A stretch of DNA of 64,000 nucleotides from Akkermansia sp. (GTDB lineage Bacteria > Verrucomicrobiota > Verrucomicrobiia > Limisphaerales > SIBH01), in the NCBI GenBank assembly GCA_043757045.1, contig JAYVQC010000241.1, positions 10,410-74,409 of the forward strand. The letters are read 5' to 3'. The notes beneath the pieces were generated by a model. The model did no database searches and had not been told where the DNA came from. It was given only the letters and a program-made list of their open reading frames with translations. The position numbers and the translations under genes are program-made. Below are positions 44,901 through 56,600 of this stretch, one piece after another (position 1 is the first letter of the stretch; the number at the start of each line of letters is the position of its first letter).

Positions 44901-46504
44901 GCTCGGCGCTGGATGCGCCCGCGAGCGTGTCGCTGGCGGCCAGTGCGGCGGATAGCGATGGGGTGATCTCGCAGGTGGAATTTTATGCGGGCGCGACGCG
45001 GGTCGGGCAGGTGTTCGCGCCGCCGTATGCGGTCACGTTGAACAATCTCGGGGCCACGAACTACGCGTTCACCGCCGTGGCCACGGACAATTCCGGGTTG
45101 TCCGCCACGAGTCGTGTGGTGGGCGTGTCGGTGCATTTGCCGGAACCAGCGGGGCGCGGGACGGGGTTGCAGGCGGAATACTTTGTGGACCGGAATTTGA
45201 CGCAGTTCTTCGCGGCGCGCGTGGATACGAACATCAATTTCAACTGGGGCAATGGCGTGCCCATCGCGGGCATGGCGGCGGATAATTTCTCGGTGCGCTG
45301 GACGGGGCGCGTGCAGGCGCGGCGCTCGGGGGTGCATCAGTTCCACACGGTCACGGACGAGGGCGTGCGGCTGTGGGTGGATGGCAAGCTGCTCGTGGAT
45401 AATTGGACGGGGCATTTTCAGACGGAAGATTCGGGCAGCATCACGCTGGTGGCGGGGCGGTATTACGACCTCACGATGGAGTATTTCGAGGGTTCATTCA
45501 GCGCGGTGGCGCAGTTGTTTTGGACGCAGCCGGGGGTGGCGAAGGAAGTGGTGCCGTCACCGCAGTTGTATCCGGCGGACCGGGGGTTGCGCGGGGCGTA
45601 TTTTTCGGGGGCGGCATTTAATTCGGCGGCGTTCACGCGGATTGATGAGGCGGTGAATTTTTTCTGGAACACGAATTCGCCGGACCCGGCGGTGATGCCG
45701 GTGTCGTATTCGGTGCGTTGGACGGGGCAGGTGCGGGCGAACGCGGGCGGCACTTATCAATTTTTCACGTTGAGCGATGACGGGGTGCGTTTGTGGGTGA
45801 ATGGGCAACTCATCATCAGCAACTGGTCGGCGCACGCGGTGGCGGAGGATGTGGGTTCTATCGCGCTGGCGGCGCGGCAGTCGTATCCGGTGGTGTTGGA
45901 GTATTTTAATGCCACGGGGGCGGGAACGGCGGTGTTGTCGTGGCTGCCGCCTGGCGAATCGAAGCAGGTGATTCCCACGGCCAATCTCACGCCGCATCAG
46001 AATAACAACCCGCCCGCGCTCGGCTTCGTGGCGAATCGGACGGCGGTGCGGAACAACTTGCTGACGTTCACGGCCACGGCGTCGGATGCGGATGCGGGGC
46101 AGGCGCTCACTTACTCACTGGATGCGGGTGTGCCGAGTGGGGCGGTGATTCATCCGACATCGGGAGTTTTTTCTTGGACGCCGGCGAGCAATCAGGCGTT
46201 TGGACCGCTGTCGGTGACAGTGCGGGTGGCGGACAATGGTGCGCCGCTGATGACGGACGGGCAGGCGTTCACGATCTCGGTGTTGACGAATCCGACGTTG
46301 AATTTCGCGCGGTCGGGCGCGGGCGCGACGCTGGCGTGGCCGCAATCAGCGGGCACGGCGCAGCTTTTCAGCGCCACCAATTTGAATCCTCCCGTGACTT
46401 GGGCACCGGTGACGAACGTGCCGGTCCTGAGTAATGGATTTTTTTCCGTGAACTTCGCCGCGCCCACGAACGGGACGCGGTTTTACCAATTACAAACGCC
46501 ATGA
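41948..46504 (+). CDS. Secreted polysaccharide lyase family 8 (hyaluronate/chondroitin-AC/xanthan lyase type) enzyme with DNRLRE-like, Ig-like, 2x PA14 and cadherin-like domains and a C-terminal RFYQ module
   Basis: ORF 41930..46504. The ATG at 41948 overlaps the TolC stop (ATGA). The signal peptide is MRKAENRKQKSAQRAPGARALLLLISAFCFLLSAFPLGAAE. PL8 blocks are GDGFYRDGSFVFHNEFAYNAGYGVELL (His/Tyr catalytic context), TGEGMTYLY, WATIDPYRLPGTT and KSWFVFDNEIVCVG. The DNRLRE-like block is ADAHVQNG...TNFGTSSTLSVK...RETFLKFDLS. The PA14 blocks are GLQAEYF...FSVRWTGRV...G.H.F.T..DEGVRLWVDGKL and GLRGAYF...YSVRWTGQV. Confidence 0.85.
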   Translation: MRKAENRKQKSAQRAPGARALLLLISAFCFLLSAFPLGAAEFDTLRLRWRDLLTQGTNASFANPLYQNWISSVGNSAQSYWSTMNTSPTRTNLWSAYPYPAADSSDISGTYSRLRTMALAYSIKDSALEGNTGLRSATINGLDWMFTNHYNASSVVFDNWFDFEIATPLVLNDITTLLYSNLSPAQISNYMAAVEHFTPTPSESFISTNLTAANKIWKSLVVAVRGVLVQNSNKVALARSGLSDVFPYVTSGDGFYRDGSFVFHNEFAYNAGYGVELLDSMGSMMQLLTGSTWAITDPAQTNVFRWVTDSFQPFFARGAAMEMVDGRYHTRNGDAHERGHEMLSAILRVAQVAPLADATAYKSFVKGMIQSDTYRNFLTAQSPPYNVWASAALNDTNIPARVVTTEHRQFPGMDRVVHHTPDWTFALSTSSSRIANYESTRGENLKGWYTGEGMTYLYNRELGQYSDQFWATIDPYRLPGTTVDTFTRTNGSGDSYRSPNNQTGGASILGLYGVSAMHLNAWVSTLAARKSWFVFDNEIVCVGNSVSSAETNSGVETIIENRRLGLYGNNALTVNGTAKPSGPGWSETMNGTSWAHLAGTANDTDIGYFFPSSTTVKALRESRAGAMRDLNTTYGSATKYTRHYLTMYFDHGTNPNNGTYSYVLLPGMSASAVAAYAASPDITILQNNSTATAVRENRLGLVGINHWRDSSNQVAGAGISFSHKAAAILKNDGTVLDLGVSDPTQTNTAGLTVELTNSVTAVLSLDAGVTVLQTSPLRLLFNTSNTYGATLRAKFSVGAFQTNALLAIADAHVQNGAAAVTNFGTSSTLSVKAGSASTTRETFLKFDLSSVPGTIVGANLRLVSRSFVEPVFHTAALVSDNSWTETGVIWNNKPGSTTPTVTWPVVGNNLTSTIPVTAFITPALANGGVLSFRIFSNGTNSSGPTSSSEFVSYGARENSAANVPQLLVSYVRSAPAVSLTSPEDGSALDAPASVSLAASAADSDGVISQVEFYAGATRVGQVFAPPYAVTLNNLGATNYAFTAVATDNSGLSATSRVVGVSVHLPEPAGRGTGLQAEYFVDRNLTQFFAARVDTNINFNWGNGVPIAGMAADNFSVRWTGRVQARRSGVHQFHTVTDEGVRLWVDGKLLVDNWTGHFQTEDSGSITLVAGRYYDLTMEYFEGSFSAVAQLFWTQPGVAKEVVPSPQLYPADRGLRGAYFSGAAFNSAAFTRIDEAVNFFWNTNSPDPAVMPVSYSVRWTGQVRANAGGTYQFFTLSDDGVRLWVNGQLIISNWSAHAVAEDVGSIALAARQSYPVVLEYFNATGAGTAVLSWLPPGESKQVIPTANLTPHQNNNPPALGFVANRTAVRNNLLTFTATASDADAGQALTYSLDAGVPSGAVIHPTSGVFSWTPASNQAFGPLSVTVRVADNGAPLMTDGQAFTISVLTNPTLNFARSGAGATLAWPQSAGTAQLFSATNLNPPVTWAPVTNVPVLSNGFFSVNFAAPTNGTRFYQLQTP
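41952..42053. repeat. Second copy of the (aaagcag)n / (tttctgc)n hairpin family, entirely inside the first 36 codons of the PL8 gene
   Basis: The left arm is ggaaagcagaaaatagaaagcagaaatcagc (41952..41982). The right arm is gctgcttatttctgctttctgctttctactctctgctttcc (42013..42053). The loop carries the palindrome cgcgcacc-c-ggtgcgcg. Confidence 0.85.
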
Positions 46505-46559
46505 CGACCAATGGTCAGGGCAACGCAACAAAACAAAACTCAGCGAGTAAGTTAAAATT

Positions 46560-47225
46560 ATGAACATCAAGGTGCTACTGGTGGATGATGATCCCTACGT
46601 GCGCGAGGGCGTGCGGTCGTGTTTGAGCCGACATCTGCAGTTCGATGTCGTGGGCGAGGCGGCCACCGGGCAGGAGGCCATCGCGGGCGTCAAGGCGCAC
46701 GGGCCGGACGTGGTGGTGATGAACAGTTCGTTGCCGGGGATGGACGGGTTGGAGACGACGCGTTCGCTCCGGACGTCGCATCCGAAGGTGCGGGTGCTGA
46801 TCCTCGGCGGGCGCAAGGGCCGGGACGTGGTCAAGGACGTGGTGCGCTCGGGCGCGCCGGGTTATTTGAGCAAAAATGCGTCGCCGACGGAACTGGTCAC
46901 CGCCATCGAGAAGGTCCATCGCGGCGAGACGTCGTTCGCGCCGGATGTGGCCCAGGCGTTCTTCGAGGAATTCGTCCAGAACGGCGGACGGCTCGAAGAC
47001 ACCGGACCCAAGCCGCTCTCGGATCGTGAGAAGCAGGTGCTGGCGCTCATTGTCGAGGGTTTGCCGAACAAGGACATGGCCGCCCAACTCAGCCTGAGCG
47101 TGCGAACGGTGGAGAAGCATCGCCAGCGGGTCATGCGCAAGCTCGGGGTGCGGCGCGCCACGGAACTGGTGAAGTTCGCCGTGACGCGGGGGTGGGTGGA
47201 TTTGAATTCGGTGGGGCAGGCGTGA
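46560..47225 (+). CDS. Atypical NarL/LuxR-family response regulator (phospho-acceptor Asp replaced by Asn), paralog of 16978..17652
   Basis: 221-aa ORF. REC has VLLVDDDPYV and PDVVVMNSSLPGMDG, which aligns to PDVILMDINMPGLDG of the paralog. Codon AAC at 46722..46724 gives Asn55. The HTH reads LSDREKQVLALIVEGLPNKDMAAQLSLSVRTVEKHRQRVMRKLGV. Confidence 0.9.
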   Translation: MNIKVLLVDDDPYVREGVRSCLSRHLQFDVVGEAATGQEAIAGVKAHGPDVVVMNSSLPGMDGLETTRSLRTSHPKVRVLILGGRKGRDVVKDVVRSGAPGYLSKNASPTELVTAIEKVHRGETSFAPDVAQAFFEEFVQNGGRLEDTGPKPLSDREKQVLALIVEGLPNKDMAAQLSLSVRTVEKHRQRVMRKLGVRRATELVKFAVTRGWVDLNSVGQA

Positions 47226-47241
47226 GAACGGTCTGTCCAGA

Positions 47242-47269
47242 GCGCGGCGCGCGTGCGTCGCGTTTTTTT
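47242..47269 (+). terminator. Candidate intrinsic terminator after the second response regulator
   Basis: GC-rich imperfect hairpin (gcgcggcgcgcgtgcgtcgcg) followed directly by a T7 run, 17 nt after the stop at 47225. Confidence 0.45.
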
Positions 47270-47681
47270 ACGCCTGATTCCTGGCGGGGTGGGAATCGTG
47301 CGGAGGAGGGTGTTACGCAATTACACCACGCTGGCGGATGCGCGTTTTACCCAGATGGAACGCAACTTGGGCGGCGGCTACGGTTGGCGCGCTTTGAGGG
47401 GGTTCGCGCCTGGTGGCTGGAGGGCAGCCGCGCGGGTCTTCGGAGCGGCGCGAGGAGGGGCGTGGAAACACGCCTCGTTCGGAGGGCGGAAATCCCGTGG
47501 TCGAGACGCGGGAGAAGAGCTTTGGGCGCGCGCAGTTTTGGGAACAGCCTCCATCGAGGGTCGGTGGTCAACCACAGAACGCACTTTTAACCGCGTGATT
47601 CAGGCTATGAAGAACTGTTTCACCCGCAGAATTTGCCGCGCCGAAATTACAGCCGCAGGCGCGGAATGTCGCATTAGTCAC

Positions 47682-50600
47682 ATGGAAAATCAGAATCAGA
47701 AGAGGGAACGCCGTCCGTGGAGAGTCGAGAGTCGAGAGTCGAGGGCTGGATGCCTCGGCTGCCGCTGGGCTTTGGTCGCGTTGGTTTGGCTCGCGGCGAT
47801 GCTGGCCCCGAACGCCACGGCGCAGACCACCGGCCTTTACCGCGAGGTTTACCTCGGCATCCCGGGCAGCACGTTGCTGAGTCTCACGAACGTTTTTCCG
47901 CCCGCGCCCGATCAGGCCGAAGTTTCCACCAACCTTTTTGAAACTCCCTCCAACTACGGCGACAATTTCGGCGAACGCTACCGCGGCTTCCTCATCCCGC
48001 CCGTCACTGGCGAATACGTCTTCTGGTGCCAGGGCCAAAACTCCGCGATCCTCTTCATCAGCCCCGACGAAAGCGCGGTCAATAAAGTCGGCCTCGCCTA
48101 CAACCTCAACAGCGCCCTCGCCCGCTCCTGGTATATCTTCCCCACCCAGCAATCCACGAACCTCTACCTCGAAGCCGGCCAACGCTATTACGTCGAAGCC
48201 CTCCACAAAACCGGCAACGGCGATGATTCCTTCGCCATCGGCTGGAAGCTGCCCAACGGCACCTACGAACAACCCATGCCCGCGTCCCACTTCCGCCCCT
48301 TTGGCCAGGCCGCCGTCAGCGCCCCCGTGCTCACCGCCCAGCCGACGAACGCGACCGTCCTCGAACAATTTCCCGCCACCTTCCGCGTCGCCGTCAGCAA
48401 CCTCGACGCCGTCACCTACCGCTGGACTCGCGACGGCACCAATATCCCCGGCACCCTCGGCGCGAGCTTCACCCTCCCCGTCGTCACGCTCGCCGACCAC
48501 GGCTCCACCTTCGCCTGCATCGTCAGCAACAATTTCGGAGCCACCACCAGCGCGACCGTCACCCTCAACGTCACGGCCGACACCGACGCCCCAGTGCTGC
48601 GCCACGCGGCGAACCTCAACACCAACGCCATCCTCGTCGCCTTCACCGAAGCGCTCGACCCCGCCACCGCGCTCGTCGGAGCGAATTACACCCTCAGCCA
48701 CGGGGCTCAAATCACCGGTGTCCAATTCGGCCCCCGGCCCCACACCATCGTCCTCGCCACCACGATGCTCGCGCGCAACACCAATTACACCCTCACCATC
48801 AACAACCTCCGCGACCGCGCCGCCACGCCCAACATTCTCGCGCCCAACAGCACCACCACTTTCGTCGCCTACCTCAAAGGCATTTACCGCCAACTCTTCC
48901 CCGAACTCTCCGGCAGCCAACTCACCGACCTCACGAACAGCCCCATCTACCCCGGCCTGCCCCTCCTCGCCGAAGTCCTCACCAACGCCCTCGCCACCCC
49001 TGCCTGGCCCACCAACAACTATGGCCAACGCCTCCGCGCCCTCCTCGTGCCCCCCGTGACCGGCAGCTACACCTTCCAAATCAGCGCCCACGACAGCGCC
49101 ACCCTTTACCTTAGCACCAACGCCTTCACCACCAGCGCCCGCGCCATCGCCAGCGTCACCACCGCCCGCGACGCCAGCGCGGGCCAATACCTCGTGCAGA
49201 CCAACCAGACCAGCGCGCCCATCCCGCTCGTGGCCGGCCAGCAGTATTATTTGCAAGTCCTCATGAAAAGCGGCCTCTCCGTGCAAAGCCCGCCCGACCA
49301 TTGCTCCGTCCGCTGGACCCTGCCCGACGGCACCGTCGAGGACCCCATCCCCGTCGCGCGCCTCGTGCCGAGCGGCCTGCCCTTGCCCGTGATCAGCCAA
49401 CACCCGCAACCCGTCGAGACCGAAGAAAACCAGCCCGCCAGCTACAGCGTGCTCGTCTCAAACTTCGACCCCATTTTTTATCAATGGCAGCAAAACGGCA
49501 CCAACCTCCCCGGAGCCACCAACTCCATCCTCTACAAACCCGCCGTCACCTTGGCCGAGAACGGCAGCACCCTGCGCTGCGTCCTCATCAACTACTCCGG
49601 CACCGCCACCACCCTCGAAGCGACCCTCACCGTCTTCCCCGACGCCACGCCGCCCGCGCTGGCGCAAGTGATCAACAACGGCACCAACCGCCTGACCGTG
49701 ACCTACAACGAGCCAGTCGAGCTGCTCACCGCCACGAACCTGGCGAATTATACCCTGCCCGGCGTCACCCTGAGCGCCCCCGTGCTCAGCACCAATGGCC
49801 TGACCGTCACCTTCAACACCACGCTCCTCGTCATCGGCAGCAATTATACCGTGACCGTCAACAACGTCCGCGACCGCGCGACCACGCCGAATATAATTAC
49901 CCCCGCCAGCCAGTTCACCTTCACCGCCGTCACCTTCTTTTTGCAAAACATCGGCAGCCCCGCCGACGCCAGCTACACGCCCGTCGCGGGCGGCGCAGAC
50001 CTCACGGCGGGCTACGGCGATTTCTTCGGCGGCAGCGACGCCTTCAACTACGCCTACCTGACGCGCGTCGGTGATTTCGATGTGAAGGTGCGCGTGGCCC
50101 GGCTCGACTTTGCCGACACCTGGAGCGTGGCCAGCCTCATGGCGCGCGAAAACCTGAACACGACGAACAAATACGCCGCCGTCTGCGCCACCCCCAGCAT
50201 CGCCGGCTCCTTTTTTCAATACCGCACGAACGGCGGCGTCGTGCCCTCGGGCAGCGGTTCTTTCCCGGTGAATTATCCTTACACCTGGCTGCGCCTGCAA
50301 CGCTCCGGCGGCACCACCTTCCACGGCTACGCCAGCCTCGATGGCGAGACCTGGACGAAACTCGGCACCGCCATCATCTCCATGCCCGCGACGATTTACC
50401 TCGGCTTCACCGTCTCCAGCCGCTCGGGCACGGCCACGACCACGGCGGAGTTCCGCGACTTTGGCAACAACACCAGCACCAACCTTTCCGCCGCCCCGAC
50501 GATGGTGGAACCGCTCGGGCCGTCCTCGCGCCGCACCGGCCTGGCCATCTCGGAAGTTCTCTACAACGCCGCGCCCCGCACCGACGGACGCAAGATCGAA

Positions 50601-53600
50601 TTCGTGGAACTGCACAACTCGAATCCCTTTTTTGAAAACATCGGCGGCTACCGCCTCACCGGCGACATCAGCTACACCTTTCCCACCAACACCATCCTCC
50701 CCGGCGGCGGCTTCCTCGTCATCGCCCGCGCCCCCGCCGATGTCACCGCCGTCTATGGCCTCAACGGCGTGGCCGGTCCCTACCTCGGCAGCCTGCCCGG
50801 CAGCAAAGGCACCGTGCGGCTCCGCAACCCGGTCAACGCCATCCTGCTCGAACTGAACTACGACGACGACAACGGCTGGCCCATCGCCGCCGACGGCCCC
50901 GGCCATTCCCTCGTCCTGGCCCGCCCCTCCTATGGCGAAAACAATCCGCACGCCTGGGCCGCCAGTGACCGCATCGGCGGCTCGCCCGGCCGCGTGGACG
51001 GCCTCTTCCTCGAACCGACCCGCCACATCGTCATCAACGAATACCTCGCCCACACCGACCTGCCCGACCTGGATTTCATTGAACTGTTCAACCGCAGCAA
51101 AAGCGCCGTGGACCTCTCCGGCTGCTGGCTCTCCGACGATCCGAAGACCAACAAATTCCGTATCCCCGACGGCACGATCATCGGGCCGACCAATTTCCTC
51201 GTCTTCCACGAGACGCAACTGGGCTTCTCCCTGAACGCGGGCGGGGAAGCCATTTACCTGGTCAACTCGAACCGCACGCGCGTGCTCGACGGCCTCAAAT
51301 TCGACGGCCAGGAAAACGGCGTCAGCACCGGGCGCACGCCGGACGGTGCGCCGACCTTCAGCCGCCTCGCGAGCCGGACGCCCGGCGCAAACAACGCCGC
51401 CCAGCGCCTCGAAGCCCTCGTCATCAATGAAATCATGTACAATCCTATCACCGGCGATGACTGGGATGAGTTTGTGGAAATCTACAATCGCGGCACGAAC
51501 GCCGTGAACCTCGGCGGCTGGCGATTGAACAAGGGCGTTGATTACACCTTTCCGACCAACACCATCATTCCCACCAACGGCTACATCGTCGTGGGCAAAG
51601 ATCCCGCCGTGCTCCGCACCAGCTACACCAACCTCAACCTCACCAACTGCTACGGCCCCTTCTCCGGCACGCTGTCCAGCAGCGGCGAGCGCCTTACGCT
51701 CGACATGCCGGACACGGTCATTTCCACCAACCTGCTCGGCGTCGTGGACACGAACATCATTCACATCATCATGGACGACGTGACCTACGGCACCGGCGGC
51801 AAATGGGGCAACTGGAGCGACGGTGGCGGCAGCAGCCTCGAATTGACGGACCCGCGCAGCGACAACCGGCTCCCCTCGAACTGGGCCGACAGCGATGACA
51901 GCGCCAAGAGCGTTTTTACCACCATGACCGTCAACGGCACGCTCGACCACATGGGCGGCTCCTCCAGCATGTGGAACGCGCTGCAACTCTGGCTCTACGA
52001 AGCGGGCGAATGCCTCGTGGACAACGTCTCCGTCTCCACCAGCCCCGCCACCGTGCCGGCCGTGTCCGTACCGAACGGCAATTTCTCCAGCGCCAACACC
52101 GGCGTGAACGAGTGGGTGGCGCAAGGCACGCTCCGCTACTCTTACATAGAGAACATCGGTGGCGTGAACGGCAACGTCCTGCACGTCGTCTCCCAAGATC
52201 GCGGCGACACCGGCGCGAACCGCATCAACAAAGTGCTCACCGCCCAATACGTCTCGAATACCACCGCCACTATCACTGCGAGCGTGAAGTGGCTGAAGGG
52301 CCGGCCGGAAATGCTCTTCCGCCTGCGCGGCAACGGATTGGAAATCCCCGGTGTGATGAACGTGCCGCGCAACCTCGGCACACCGGGCGCGCGCAACAGC
52401 CGTTTCGCCACCAACGCCGGCCCGGCCATGACCGAAGTCGCGCACAGCCCCGTGCTCCCCGTGGCGGGCGAACCCATCACCGTGACCGCCCGGGTGCATG
52501 ATCCCGACGGCGTGGCCTCGGTGCAGTTGACCTGGCGCCTGGATCCCACCGGCCTCCCGATGGTCACGAACATGGTGGACAACGGCACAGGCCAGGACCT
52601 GTTTGCCCGCGACGGCATTTACACTGCGACCATTCCCGGCCAGCCGGACAACGCCATGATTGCGTTTTACGTCTCCGCCACGGACAGCAACGCCTTCGTC
52701 CGCACCACCCAATTCCCCGTCGGCGCGCCCGCCAAAGAATGCCTCGTGCACATCGGCGACAAGCAGCCCGTGGCCAGCTTCGCCAGCTACCGCTTCTGGA
52801 TGACCGACCAGACCCTCTCCGACTGGATCACCGCCGAAAAGGTCAGCAGCGAAATTTTCAAAGGCACCTTCATCTACGGCAACAGCCGCATCATCTACGA
52901 CGCGGGCAGCCATTACGCCGGCAGCCCCGCGCACGCCAAACTCTACGACTCTCCCACGGGCACCAATTGCGATTATCAGTTGATCCTCAAAGCGGATGAC
53001 GCCGTGCTGGATGAAACCTCGCTCCGCATTCAGGAACCCGGCCTGTTCGGCGCGGACCGCACCTGCCAGAACGAATCGCTCGGCTACTGGATGATCAACC
53101 AGATGGGCATTCCTTCGCTCAACCGCCGCCCCATCAACGTCTTCATCAACGGCCTCCGCCGCGGTCTCATTTACGAGGACACGCAGCGCCAGAATTCCGG
53201 CTTCCTTTCCCAATGGTTTCCCGACGCCGAGTCCGACCTCAGCGACCTTTATCGCATCGGTTACTGGTATGAGTATGGCGATGATTTGGCGAATCGCAGC
53301 AACAACGAGCCGACGCTCCAAGACCTCACCACCGTCGGCGGCGTGAAGAAGCTGGCGCGTTACCGCCAGACCTTTAGCAAGCGTGCCGTCAAGGAAACGG
53401 TGCATAATTACACCAATCTTTTCCAGCTCGTGGACGTGCTCAAGACCACGAACACCGGCGATGCTTATGCTGCCGCCGTGTTCCCCGTCGTGGATGTTTC
53501 CAGCTTCACCCGCGCCTTCGCCGCCGAGCGCATCTTGAACAACACGGACCTCTACGGCGCGCGCCGCATCTCCGGCACGGAGAGCAAACCCGGTTCGCAA

Positions 53601-56600
53601 AATTCCTTTGTCGCCAAGCCGGGCGGGGACAAGTGGAAGTTCCTCATCTGGGACATTGATGCCGCGTATCTCGGCACGCCCGTGGACCCGCTCTTTGATT
53701 TCACGGACCCGCCCATCTCGAATCTCTTCCTGCATCCTTACGTGCTCCGCACCTACTGGCAGGCCTTGGAAGATGGCGCGCACGGGCCGCTCCGTCCGCA
53801 GGTCATGCACCCGGTCATGGATGCGAAGTTCGCCGCGCTCCAGCAGGCGGGCATCCCCGCGAGCGCCCCGCAGGTCATGAAGGATTTCCTCGGCGTGCGC
53901 CGCGATTTCATTTTGCAGTCGTTGTCGGAGAACAAGTCGCCGTTCAGCATCACGGCGAACGGTGGGGCGAATTTCACCAACGCCAGCACCCTGGTCACGC
54001 TCTCGGGCGCGGCGCCGTTCGGCGCGCGCATCATCACCATCAACGGCGTGGAGTATCCGCTGCTTTGGTCATCGGTCACAAACTGGTCGGTGCGGCTGCC
54101 GCTCTCAGGGTCCTCCAATCTCTTCACCGTGCGCGGGTATGACGCCGGCAGCAATCTCCTCGCGAATTCCACGCGGACCATCACGGTGTATTTCAACGGT
54201 ACGGTCTCGAAGCCGGAGGAGAGTCTGGTCATCAACGAGATCATGTATCAGCCGAAGTTCACCAACGCGCATTACGTGGAGATTTATAATCGCTCGACGA
54301 ACACCACGTTTGGTCTGGGTGGATATCGGTTGAATGGCGCGGATTACAATTTCCCGGCGGCGTCGTTCATCAGCCCGCTTTCTTATCTCACGGTGGTGAA
54401 GGACACGGCGGCGTTCCAATCGGCTTACGGCACGACGGCGGTGGCCACGGTCATCGGCGAATACAGCGGCGGCCTCGACAAGGACGGGGAGGCGCTCTCG
54501 CTGGTCAAGGTCGCGGCAAGCACCAACCTGCCGGATACCATCATCAGCAAGGTCAAGTATGAGGCGGCGCGGCCCTGGTCGGATATGGCGGGTCGCACGA
54601 ACAGCGGGGTGTCGCTCCAGCTCGTGGATGGGACGCAGGACCACGCCCGCGTCAGCAACTGGGAGGGCGCGGCGGACTGGCGGTTTTTTAGTTACACGGC
54701 CACGCCGGCGGGAAATCAGCTCGCCTTGTGGCTGGATGTGATCGGCGAGGTGTTCATTGATGACATTCGCCTGGTGGGCGGCGCGGTCGCGGGCGTCGGA
54801 TCAAATTATGTGAAGGGCGGGGATTTCGAGACAAATAATTTGAGCCTCTGGACGTTTGGCAATGCGTATCTGGGCAACAGCACGAACAGCACTCTGCACG
54901 CGAAGAGCGGGACGAACAGTTTGCGGCTCGCGCCGACGAAGGCGGGGACGACGGCTTCCTCGACCTTCATGTCGCAGACCATTTCGCCCACGCCGGGGGC
55001 GAGCAATTACACGGTGAGCTTCTGGTATCGGCCCACCACGAACACGCAGAACCTGTTCGTGCGTCTGGGCGGCACCACGCCCACGACGAATTTCAACACG
55101 CGCCTGCTTTACGCCACGCCCGGCACGAACAACTCGGTGGCGCGCTCGGTCACGCCGTATCCGCTGCTCTGGCTCAACGAGGTGGAGCCGAACAATGTCA
55201 CGACGCTGCTCGATAACACGGGCACGAACCAGCCGTGGCTGGAGCTTTACAACAGCAGCACCAACACGCTGGACCTCACGGGGTATGCGTTGTCGAAAAG
55301 TTACACCAACCTGGCGGCGTGGACTTTCCCGAACGGGAGCGTGATGCTGCCGGGGCAGTTCCGCGTCATTTTTGCGGACGGGCGTCCGCAGTTCACGACG
55401 GGCGCGGTGCTCCACACGTCGTTCCGGCTGGATGCGTTGAGCGGCTCTCTCGTGCTCTCGCGCTCGAATCAAATCCTCGACTACATCAACTACACGAACG
55501 TGAACAACGACGTGTCCTACGGCGACGTGCCGGATGGCCAGTTGTTTGCGCGTCAGCTCATGTTCACGCCCACGCCCGGCGACACGAACAGTCCTTCGCC
55601 CGCGCCGGTCTTGATCAATGAATGGATGGCGTCGAACACCGCCACCATTACCAACCCGATCACAGGCAGCCTCGAGGATTGGATCGAACTCTATAATTTC
55701 AGCGACGACGCGGTGGACCTCGGCGGTTACTTCATGACCGACGACGAGGGGAACAAGAACAAGTGGCGCATTCCGAACACGCCGCTGGCGGTGCTCGCGC
55801 CGCGCAGTTTCCTGCTCGTCTGGGCGGACGGCACCTCGGGCACGAACGTGAGCGCCACGGCGTTGCACGCGAATTTCAAATTGTCGAAGGGCGGGGATTA
55901 CATCGGGCTGTTTAATCCGCAGCAGCAGAAGGTGGATGCGTTCAACTTCGGGCCGCAGTTGAATAACGTCACCCAGGGGCGGTTCCCCGATGGCAACACC
56001 GCCGGTGGCTTCGTGAGCATGACGGCCAGCACGCCGCGCACGAACAACGTCGTGGGCAACAACGGCTTCACGCCCAGCCTGGTCCAGCCCACGAATCGCG
56101 TGGTCAATGAGGGCTCGCTCATCACGTTCACAAACATCGCCTCGGATGCGGATTTGCCGGCGCAGGCCCTCACGTTCACGTCGCCGAATTTGCCGGAGGG
56201 CGCGACACTCCATCCGACGACGGGCCTCTTCACCTGGCAGACTTTGGAGCAGCATGGGCCGGGCGTTTATGGGGTCACCATTCGCGTGGCGGACAACGGC
56301 ACGCCATCGCTCTTCGATCAGAAAAGTTTCCAAATCACGGTCAATGAGAGCAATCGCGCGCCCGTGCTGCCGGCGGTGGGTCCTCAGGTCACTTACACGA
56401 ATACGCTGCTCAGTTTCTCGATGGCGGCCACGGATTTGGACCTGCCCGCGCAGAGCATTTCCTACGGCCTGACCACGGCGCTGTCGGGCGCGGGCCTGGA
56501 TGGCAACGGGCTGTTCACTTTCGTGGCCATGCCGGCGCAGGCTCCGAGTTCCAACTGGGTGGTCATCACAGCCACGGACAGTCTGGGCCTGAGCGCGACG

